Assembly: GCF_000011325.1 (NCBI RefSeq)
Contig: NC_003450.3
Location: 2,490,001-2,522,000, forward strand
Source of the DNA: Corynebacterium glutamicum ATCC 13032
Lineage (GTDB): Bacteria; Actinomycetota; Actinomycetes; Mycobacteriales; Mycobacteriaceae
Direction of reading: 5' to 3'
DNA length: 32,000 nucleotides
The position numbers and the translations under genes are program-made. Under the pieces are notes generated by a model. The model worked only from the letters and a program-made list of their open reading frames with translations. It did no database searches and was not told where the DNA came from. Shown here piece after piece: positions 18,849 to 25,635 of the stretch; the stretch's first letter is position 1; every line of letters starts with the position of its first letter.

Positions 18849-18879
18849 TTGATACATCAACTTATTTCTTGGCTATACT
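18849..18879 (+). promoter_or_regulatory. Candidate promoter of the pirin operon (TTGATA -35, 19-nt spacer, TATACT -10) overlapping a 14-bp palindrome
   Basis: TTGATA lies at 18849-18854 and TATACT at 18874-18879. The spacer is longer than optimal. The palindrome GTTGAT-AC-ATCAAC (18848-18861) overlaps the -35. Confidence 0.3.
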
Positions 18880-18922
18880 TGAGGTCACGTTTCCTCAGCT
18901 CAGGAGAAGTTCGGAGAAGTCC

Positions 18923-19507
18923 ATGTCAAACGCAGAAATTAATCCCGTTGAATATGAAATCAACAACCACGCCCCTGGTACCGCGCTAAACCCACAGTGC
19001 GAAGACGGCGCCAACGTAGAAATCATCACCTCCCGTGAAGTCCCCCTCGGCGGACCACGCGCCATGACCGTGCACCGCACACTCCCCCAACGCCAGCGCT
19101 CCCTCATCGGTGCCTGGTGTTTTGTGGATCATTACGGCCCCGATGATGTCTCACTAACCGGTGGCATGGATATGGCCTCCCACCCGCACACCGGATTGCA
19201 AACAGTCACGTGGCTTTTTGAAGGCGAAGTCACCCACCATGATTCCGGCGGAAATCACGCAGTCGTGCTTCCTGGCGAAGTCAACCTCATGACCGCCGGC
19301 GCAGGCATCTGTCACACCGAAGTTTCCGCCACCTCCACCACGATTCTGCATGGTCTGCAGTTGTGGACAGTTCTTCCCGACAAAGACCGCGAAGGACCAC
19401 GCCGCTTTGATCACTACGCTCCAGAAGAAATCACACTCGAAGGCGGAAGTGCACGCGTTTTCCTAGGTTCGCTATTTGGTCAAACCTCCCCTGTTCATAC
19501 GTTTACT
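18923..19507 (+). pseudogene. Pirin-family protein, N-terminal fragment (interrupted by an IS)
   Basis: The start reads SD GGAGAAGtccATG. It carries REVPLGGPRAMTVHRTLP...FVDHYGP and the metal-binding region HPHTGLQTVTWLFEGEVTHHDS typical of the pirin cupin. The frame runs into the IS and stops at a TGA inside the IS inverted repeat. Confidence 0.9.
19500..19507. repeat. Target-site duplication, left copy (CGTTTACT)
   Basis: Identical 8-mer directly abutting both IS ends (19500-19507 and 20961-20968). Confidence 0.92.
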
Positions 19508-19520
19508 GGCTCTTCCTGTT

Positions 19521-20831
19521 TTAGAGTGCATTGATCTTATGGACCAACTGCCCTGAATGGATAAGGCACCGCAGAATGTAGTGGTTCAAATTACGGAAAC
19601 CTAGAGCAATCCCACGCAAATGTTCCAACCGTCCGTTGATCGCTTCGACCGGACCGTTGGAGACACCAACATCGAAATACGCCAACACATCACCAAGTCG
19701 TTTAAACAAACTACGACCCAACTGCGCGAGTTCCTTATTCGGCCCCTTCAACACCCGAAGCTGATCAATAATGGTCCGCATTTTCTTCTTCGCTTCACGC
19801 TTATTACCCATCTGATAACAATCAATAATCGCCTGATACGCAAGCCACGCAAGCTTTAACGCCCCGTAGTCTTTGTCATACGCCCACAACTGCTCCAAGC
19901 TTTCTTGCTGACGAGGACTCAACCACTTGTGCGTGGTCAACAAGGTCTTCCGGTTTTTATACAACGGATCCTGGCTTAAACCACGACGCTGGTATTTCTC
20001 CCGCTGGAGGCGTTGCCGGCAGGCGGTGAGCTTGTCACCAGCAAGCCGCACAACATGGAATGGATCCATCACGCGACGAGCAGAAGGAATGAGTTCTTTA
20101 CTTGCTGTGGCGTAGCCTTGGAATCCATCCATGGACACGATCCGTATCTGATTGCGGAACTGTTCACCGCGGGAGCCAAGCCAGGACCGTAAAGCATCAG
20201 CACTACGACCTGGGACGACATCTAATAACCGGGCAGGACACCGTGAGTCATACCGATGCCCGGTCATATCGACAATCACGGTGACAAACCCATCACCATG
20301 CTTAGCCCTATTATGTGACCACTTATGCTCATCCACCCCAATGACATACACTCCATCAAGATGGTGAGGATCGTTATAGACCAGCTCACGGCACATATCG
20401 AGGGCTAGTTGGCAGGTTAAATCCCACCCTAGCCCAAGTGCTTTCGCGGTTGCGTGAACACTCATCCGGTCAATAGCAAGGCGTTGTAAAATCCAGCGGG
20501 TGACCCGGTGGGTGACCTTTTTACCGTGGTCAGCGCAGCTTAGTTCTGCTTGGAAATACTTTTGCTTACATGTGGGGTTGGTGCAGCGGTAGCGAGGTAG
20601 ACGGATAAACAGTTTGGTGGGAAACCCGACGATGGGTAAATCAATGAGCATCCGGTGGGTGTGATGACGAAACACCCCAGGTTGGGAGCATTCTGGGCAG
20701 GTGGAGGTGTAGTTGAGTGCGTCTGCTTCGATCAGGGTGTAATCACCTGCATCGGAAGCGCCGGTGATGGTGAGTCCTAGTTCCGCAGTGCGGCAGATGG
20801 TGTCAGCGATGATGTTGCCGGTAGACTTCAT
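19521..20831 (-). CDS. tnp: ISL3-family transposase
   Basis: 436 aa with an N-terminal zinc-ribbon-like CPECS...C..C, a DDE_Tnp_ISL3-type core (VIGVDEHKW..., VSMDGFQGY..., GPVEAINGRLEHLR). The stop codon lies inside the IS terminal repeat. Confidence 0.95.
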   Translation of the reverse strand: MKSTGNIIADTICRTAELGLTITGASDAGDYTLIEADALNYTSTCPECSQPGVFRHHTHRMLIDLPIVGFPTKLFIRLPRYRCTNPTCKQKYFQAELSCADHGKKVTHRVTRWILQRLAIDRMSVHATAKALGLGWDLTCQLALDMCRELVYNDPHHLDGVYVIGVDEHKWSHNRAKHGDGFVTVIVDMTGHRYDSRCPARLLDVVPGRSADALRSWLGSRGEQFRNQIRIVSMDGFQGYATASKELIPSARRVMDPFHVVRLAGDKLTACRQRLQREKYQRRGLSQDPLYKNRKTLLTTHKWLSPRQQESLEQLWAYDKDYGALKLAWLAYQAIIDCYQMGNKREAKKKMRTIIDQLRVLKGPNKELAQLGRSLFKRLGDVLAYFDVGVSNGPVEAINGRLEHLRGIALGFRNLNHYILRCLIHSGQLVHKINAL

Positions 20832-20836
20832 GGGTA

Positions 20837-20897
20837 GAGCCTTTTGTTGGTGTTTGGTTAGCTTAGATACCTAAACCTTAACCCTGACAAAAGGCTC
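20837..20897 (-). promoter_or_regulatory. Perfect 11-bp inverted repeat in the transposase 5' leader that can occlude its ribosome-binding site
   Basis: The minus strand reads GAGCCTTTTGT-(39 nt)-ACAAAAGGCTCtacccATG. The 3' arm (20847-20837) covers the AAGG SD-like sequence 5 nt before ATG 20831. Confidence 0.45.
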
Positions 20898-20960
20898 GTT
20901 TATTTTCGGGTCTACACCGCTAGCCCAGGTTCTGTGATGTACCCCAAAACCGGAAGGGCC

Positions 20961-20968
20961 CGTTTACT
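20961..20968. repeat. Target-site duplication, right copy (CGTTTACT)
   Basis: See the left copy. Confidence 0.92.
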
Positions 20969-21427
20969 CCCCTACTTGGCGCAGAAATCCACATCAATCC
21001 AGGTGAAGCAGTCATCTTTGATGTTGATCCCACGTTTGAACACGGCTTGCTTGTCGATTCCGGCGACGTCCAACTAGAAGGCGTCACCGTCGAGCCCACC
21101 CAGCTGGCCTACACCGGCATCAATGAAACCCAACTCCGAATCCGTAACATCGGCACCACACCGGCGCGTACTGTACTGCTAGGTGGCGAACCATTTACCG
21201 AAGACATCGTGATGTGGTGGAACTTCATTGGCCGCAGCCATGAAGAAATTGCCGAGTACCGTAAACAGTGGCAGGCCGAAGCTGATCGTTTTGGTATCAC
21301 CCACGGATATATCAGCCACCACAAAGATGGGCTCACCAGGCTTCCAGCACCCGAGCTTCCCAACGCTGCTATCAAGGCACGTAAAAACCCAGCACCAACT
21401 GCACGACCAGAAACGAGAATTGATTAA
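20969..21427 (+). pseudogene. Pirin-family protein, C-terminal fragment
   Basis: Removing 19508-20968 joins ...CAT ACG TTT ACT | CCC CTA CTT GGC... in frame. The distance 21047-20969 is 78 nt, which is divisible by 3. The result is one continuous ORF of about 347 aa ending at TAA 21425-21427. Confidence 0.9.
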
Positions 21428-21880
21428 ATGCGCTCCGCTCACGGCCCATACATTGATAAGTTCTTCCCCGAGCCATACAAGAACATGCTCGAGCTCACCA
21501 AGACTCTGCGAAAGATCTACCCGGACGTTGATCTGCCTACCTCATTGATTGAGCTGGTCAATGTCCGCGTTTCTCAAATCAACGGATGTGGCACCTGCTT
21601 AAGTTTACATGTTCCCGCTGCTCGCCGTGCCGGCGTTCCAGAGAAGAAACTCGATGCTCTGGCAGCGTGGCAAATGGTGGATGAATTCACCGTGGAGGAA
21701 AAGGCAGCACTACAGCTAGCAGAATCCTTAACCTTGCTGGAATCCCGCGAAGGTCACCTGGCTGCACGCACAGCCTGCAGTGTGTTTGCCGAAGAGCAGG
21801 TAGCTGCCCTGGAATGGGCTATCATTGCGATCAATGCTTTCAACCGCATTTCTATTGCCAGTGGGCACCCACTGCTCTAG
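21428..21880 (+). CDS. Carboxymuconolactone decarboxylase / AhpD-like family protein (CxxC)
   Basis: 150 aa. VSQINGCGTCLSLH contains the AhpD-core CxxC motif. The ATG directly abuts the pirin stop (TAAATG), which implies an operon. Confidence 0.8.
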   Translation: MRSAHGPYIDKFFPEPYKNMLELTKTLRKIYPDVDLPTSLIELVNVRVSQINGCGTCLSLHVPAARRAGVPEKKLDALAAWQMVDEFTVEEKAALQLAESLTLLESREGHLAARTACSVFAEEQVAALEWAIIAINAFNRISIASGHPLL

Positions 21881-21892
21881 TAATCAGGCAGC

Positions 21893-21933
21893 AAAAAACT
21901 CCCGGCCGAAAATGGTCGGGAGTTAATTTTTTT
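21893..21933. terminator. Bidirectional Rho-independent terminator (AhpD-like gene on plus, ndk on minus)
   Basis: AAAAAACTCCCGGCC-gaaaat-GGTCGGGAGTTaaTTTTTTT forms an 11-bp stem with one G-T pair, flanked by an A-run and a T-run. Confidence 0.85.
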
Positions 21934-21946
21934 CTAACCGTAAAAA

Positions 21947-22357
21947 TTACAGGTTAGGGAACCAGATGGAGATCTCGCGCTCAGCGGACTCTGGGGAATC
22001 AGAACCGTGAACAACGTTCTCTCCAACAGTCAGTGCGAAATCGCCGCGGATGGTGCCTGGGGTTGCCTTAGCAACTGGGTCGGTGCCACCAGCAAGCTGA
22101 CGCCATGCATCGATTGCACGCTCGCCTTCGACGATGCCTGCGATCAGAGGTGCAGAGGTGATGAATTCAACGAGCTCACCGAAGAATGGCTTGTCAGCGT
22201 GCTCTTCGTAGTGCTTTTCAGCGGTCTCGCGGTCTGCAACACGCAGATCCAGAGCAGCGAGCTTCAGGCCCTTGCGCTCAATACGTGCGATGATTTCGCC
22301 GACGTGTCCGTTGGTAACACCGTCTGGCTTGATAAGGATGAGAGTACGTTCAGTCAT
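21947..22357 (-). CDS. ndk: Nucleoside diphosphate kinase
   Basis: 136 aa with [14 protein letters not shown] and the NVVHGSD active-site His region. Confidence 0.97.
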   Translation of the reverse strand: MTERTLILIKPDGVTNGHVGEIIARIERKGLKLAALDLRVADRETAEKHYEEHADKPFFGELVEFITSAPLIAGIVEGERAIDAWRQLAGGTDPVAKATPGTIRGDFALTVGENVVHGSDSPESAEREISIWFPNL

Positions 22358-22406
22358 GTTGGGTGATTCTACCTAATGGTGGTCTGCTTCGCGCACTTAA
22401 GTCGAC

Positions 22407-22769
22407 TTAGAGCTTCCTCACAGCCTCTGCGACCGCTTCGCTGGACGATCCCCTACTCCACAGCTGCGCCTGACGGATCGCTGCCGCCTCCTGGTCGCGG
22501 GATTTCAACTCTTTCAATTGATCAATTTGTTCCTGGGTGAACACCACTGGCTGATCAACAAGCTTTGTTCCCACACGACTGTTCAGACCCACAAAAAGTG
22601 CGATCGCAGCCACGATGATCGCCACAATAGCGATAAATGATGGGGAACCTGCAATACGAGTGATTACCGCGACGACACAAAATAGTGCAGCTGCGGAAAA
22701 GGCCAGGCCAGACTTAGAGTTTCGCATAGTTCTCAACGCTACGACTACTTTGATAACACCGCCACCCAA
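22407..22769 (-). CDS. Small membrane protein (2 TM helices) with a C-terminal helical tail
   Basis: 120-aa ORF with hydrophobic segments LAFSAAALFCVVAVITRIAG and FIAIVAIIVAAIALFVGL. The start is uncertain (an alternative Met lies at MRNSKSG). No family recognised. Confidence 0.5.
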   Translation of the reverse strand: MGGGVIKVVVALRTMRNSKSGLAFSAAALFCVVAVITRIAGSPSFIAIVAIIVAAIALFVGLNSRVGTKLVDQPVVFTQEQIDQLKELKSRDQEAAAIRQAQLWSRGSSSEAVAEAVRKL

Positions 22770-22803
22770 GCCAAGCCGGAGTGATCTCCGTATCCTTTAA
22801 GGC

Positions 22804-23148
22804 ATGACTTTAAAAGATAAGTACGACACTGAAGTAGCTGTTTCTAATAATCAGGACAAGCACCAATTTGAGGTCAGTTACCCTGAAGATGCCGTGACTG
22901 CTGGCTTTGCTGCATACCTTGATAAAGGTGATTCGCGGATCTTCTATCACACCGTTGTTGGCGATGAATTCGGTGGCAAGGGACTTGCGTCAATTCTTGT
23001 TTCAGAGGCGTTAAAAGCCACAAAAGAAGCTGGTCTTACCGTGGTTCCGGTATGTCCCTTTGTTAAAGGATTCGTGGAAAAGAACGCATTCGAGGGTTAC
23101 CGCAAACCAAACCATGAGGATATGGAGCTGGTGAAGAGCCAGATGTAG
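22804..23148 (+). CDS. Small GNAT-like N-acetyltransferase (YjdJ / Acetyltransf_CG type)
   Basis: 114 aa. FYHTVVGDEFGGKGLASILVSEALKATKEAGLTVVPVCPFVKGFVEKN matches the short GNAT family pattern (HTxV...GxG...PxCxxV). Confidence 0.7.
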   Translation: MTLKDKYDTEVAVSNNQDKHQFEVSYPEDAVTAGFAAYLDKGDSRIFYHTVVGDEFGGKGLASILVSEALKATKEAGLTVVPVCPFVKGFVEKNAFEGYRKPNHEDMELVKSQM

Positions 23149-23151
23149 AAA

Positions 23152-23619
23152 CTACTCAACTTCCAGAATGCGCTGAATGGCAACCAGTGTTTCTGGAATT
23201 CCGGTTATAGCTGCCAAGCGTCGCTTTTCAATTTCTTCAATTGATTTGTCGCCGAATTTGTCGTGGAAGAATCGTTGACCTTTGGGGGTAAATTCCCATG
23301 ATTCAGTCAATACTGTGCCTTCTTCTAACGGTTCCATGGAATAAATCCACTTGACGTTTCCATCAGTCACGCTCCAACCAAAGCAACGATTTGGCTCTGC
23401 GACGATAACCTCGCTCCGTGTCTCCCAGGTGCGCTCAGGTGTGACGTTTCGGCCAGTAAAGTGCGCACCCACGACGGGGCCTTCGTCTTCATCCCACCAG
23501 CATTTCTCACACACGGGCGACCATTCTCCAGTTCGAGTGATGTCAGAAACTAGTGCGTAGACCTGATTGATGGGCGCTGCGATGTTAATGCTGTCTTCAA
23601 AGGTCAGAGATTTAGGCAT
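23152..23619 (-). CDS. SRPBCC (START/polyketide cyclase-like) family protein
   Basis: MPKSLTFEDSINIAAPINQVYALVSDITRTGEWSP... is a typical SRPBCC N-terminus. The longer ORF start (23664) would overlap the upstream terminator U-tract, so ATG 23619 is preferred. Confidence 0.7.
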   Translation of the reverse strand: MPKSLTFEDSINIAAPINQVYALVSDITRTGEWSPVCEKCWWDEDEGPVVGAHFTGRNVTPERTWETRSEVIVAEPNRCFGWSVTDGNVKWIYSMEPLEEGTVLTESWEFTPKGQRFFHDKFGDKSIEEIEKRRLAAITGIPETLVAIQRILEVE

Positions 23620-23656
23620 GAACGACAGAATACGCCTCCGAAGGAGGTAGGCGTCG

Positions 23657-23684
23657 AAAAGCAAAAAAGGCCCCGGAGGGCCTT
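23657..23684 (-). terminator. Rho-independent terminator after the valS-folC-DUF4233 unit
   Basis: The minus strand reads AAGGCCC-tccg-GGGCCTT followed by TTTTTGCTTTT. The 7-bp GC-rich stem lies at 23667-23684, 5 nt after the DUF4233 stop. Confidence 0.8.
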
Positions 23685-23689
23685 AAAGC

Positions 23690-24115
23690 TTAGCTGTGCT
23701 GCGTGGTAAGCAGCCCGCGTTTCATGCGATCAATCAGATTAGAGCGCAGGTAGAACAGGTACGCCCACGCGATGATGAAGATGATGGCGGCGAAGCCCAT
23801 CGCGGGGTGAACAAAGAAACCGGCAAGTGCAAGAACCTGCAGCACGATGTTCATCGGGATGGACCAACTAAACCTTTGCAGAAATGCAGCAACAAAGTGT
23901 GCGATCGCGACTGCTGATACATAGACCCAGTTGAAGGTGGTCCAGTAGATGCCGTCGTCCACGCGCAGAATCACGGTGAGAACAAGACCTAAGGTGATTG
24001 CTTCCATCACTAAGGTGCCGGCCATGACACCTCGGATACCCTTCATGGGATCCTTTAATGGATCGTGGCCTTTGCCTAATGGTCCGTACTCAATTGATTC
24101 TTCACGCTTGCTCAT
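23690..24115 (-). CDS. DUF4233-type membrane protein conserved downstream of folC in actinobacteria
   Basis: 141 aa with about 4 hydrophobic helices. Its start overlaps the folC stop (ATGA), indicating translational coupling. Confidence 0.7.
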   Translation of the reverse strand: MSKREESIEYGPLGKGHDPLKDPMKGIRGVMAGTLVMEAITLGLVLTVILRVDDGIYWTTFNWVYVSAVAIAHFVAAFLQRFSWSIPMNIVLQVLALAGFFVHPAMGFAAIIFIIAWAYLFYLRSNLIDRMKRGLLTTQHS

Positions 24116-25635
24116 GCAGGTTCCTTTCCAAACAGCGTGCGCGCATCGCCGGCGGTCACGATTGAACCGGTGATCACAACACCTGATCCGGACTGTACAT
24201 CGGTGTCTTCTGCTAGTTCAATAGCGAGTTCTACCGCGCCAGCAAGATCTTCTTGGACGTGCACACGCTCATCGCCGTAGATCTCTCGAGCATATTCAGC
24301 TAAATCGTATGCGTCCAATGCGCGCTCTGAGGCAGTCTGGGTGCACACAATTTCATGCAGGTATGGCTCAAGTGATTCCAAGATGCCGCGGGCATCCTTG
24401 TCGCAGAGCACTCCGATGACACCGATGAGGCGACGGAACTCAAAGTCACGGTCTAGTGCTGCACCAAGTGCTGCGGCACCGTGTGGGTTGTGAGCTGCGT
24501 CGATGAACACGGTTGGTGCAGAGCGCAGGCGCTCGAGGCGACCTGGGGACTGAACTTGTGCGAAGCCTTCGCGCACCGTGTCGATATCCAATGGGCGTCC
24601 GGCGGATGCACCGAAAAATGCTTCCACTGCTGCGAGAGCAACCGCGGCATTATCTGCTTGGTGCGCGCCAGACAGTGGGAGGAAGATGTCGGTGTATTCG
24701 CCGCCCAAACCCTTCAGGGTGAGCTGCTGTCCACCAACGGCAATGGCGGATTCCACCACGCCGAATTCCATGTTCAAACGAGCAACAGCTGCGTCCACGT
24801 CCACGGCTTGCTGCAGAATCACGTTCATTGCTTCTGGCTCCTGCTTGCCCACGATGACAACGTTGCCCTCAGGCTCGGTGCCATCCTCAGATGCAGGACG
24901 AGCCTTGATGATGCCGGCCTTTTCACCAGCGATTTCACCAATGGTGTTGCCCAGGCGATCCACGTGGTCCATGCCCACCGGGGTGATCACGGAAACAGCT
25001 GCGTTGATCACGTTAGTGGCATCCCAGCGTCCGCCAAGACCAACCTCAACGACGGCGACGTCAACAGGAGCGTCGGCAAAACCTGCGTAAGCGAGGGCCA
25101 CGAGTGCCTCAAACTTGCTCATCTTCGGTCCGCCCTCGGCCTCTGACCAGGCGTCGGTCATCTCCATGTAGGGCTTAATCTCTTCGTAGATCCGCACGAA
25201 ATCACGCGGGTGGATGGGCTTGCCATCAATCGCGATGCGTTCGGTTACCAGCTGCAGGTGCGGGCTGGTGGTCCGGCCGGTGCGGCGGTGGAATGCGCGC
25301 AGCAACGACTCGATCATGCGGGTGGTGGAGGTCTTACCGTTGGTGCCAGCCACGTGAATTGCTGGGAAGGAATTCTGTGGTTGGCCCATGAGATCCATCA
25401 TGTAGCTCATGCGTCGGAAAGTGGGATCAATTTTGGTTTCCAACCAACGTTGATCCAACTCTGCTTCCACCTGGGCAAGGCGCAGCAAATCTTCTTGGGT
25501 GATCTCCTCGGAGGCAGGTGCTTCTACCTCACCGGCGAGATCGATGGGCAAAGACAGTCCAGTCTCGCCCAACGTGACATCGCCTACGGTGATGTCATCA
25601 TTTTCGGAATCAAAGATTCCGTCGTTGTTAGCCAC
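24112..25635 (-). CDS. folC: Bifunctional folylpolyglutamate synthase / dihydrofolate synthase
   Basis: 507 aa with the Mur-ligase-type P-loop VAGTNGKTSTTRM and FolC-like central and C-terminal domains. The GTG start overlaps the valS stop by 1 nt, and the N-terminal extent is uncertain. Confidence 0.9.
   Translation of the reverse strand: MANNDGIFDSENDDITVGDVTLGETGLSLPIDLAGEVEAPASEEITQEDLLRLAQVEAELDQRWLETKIDPTFRRMSYMMDLMGQPQNSFPAIHVAGTNGKTSTTRMIESLLRAFHRRTGRTTSPHLQLVTERIAIDGKPIHPRDFVRIYEEIKPYMEMTDAWSEAEGGPKMSKFEALVALAYAGFADAPVDVAVVEVGLGGRWDATNVINAAVSVITPVGMDHVDRLGNTIGEIAGEKAGIIKARPASEDGTEPEGNVVIVGKQEPEAMNVILQQAVDVDAAVARLNMEFGVVESAIAVGGQQLTLKGLGGEYTDIFLPLSGAHQADNAAVALAAVEAFFGASAGRPLDIDTVREGFAQVQSPGRLERLRSAPTVFIDAAHNPHGAAALGAALDRDFEFRRLIGVIGVLCDKDARGILESLEPYLHEIVCTQTASERALDAYDLAEYAREIYGDERVHVQEDLAGAVELAIELAEDTDVQSGSGVVITGSIVTAGDARTLFGKEPA

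Larger units (their letters stand above)
19508..20960 (-). mobile_element. ISL3-family insertion sequence, ISCg1/IS31831-like, 1453 bp
   Basis: The imperfect 24-bp terminal inverted repeats are GGCTCTTCCTGTTTTAGAGTGCAT (19508-19531) and the reverse complement of 20937-20960 (GGCCCTTCCGGTTTTGGGGTACAT), matching at 19/24 positions by my count. There is a single 436-aa transposase ORF and a perfect 8-bp TSD. The length agrees with the published IS31831 size as I recall it. Confidence 0.93.

Noticed and set aside
23152-23664. The 170-aa version of the SRPBCC protein starting at 23664
   Set aside because: That start would lie inside the U-tract of the strong terminator of the upstream operon (23657-23684). 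MPKSLTF at 23619 matches typical SRPBCC N-termini.
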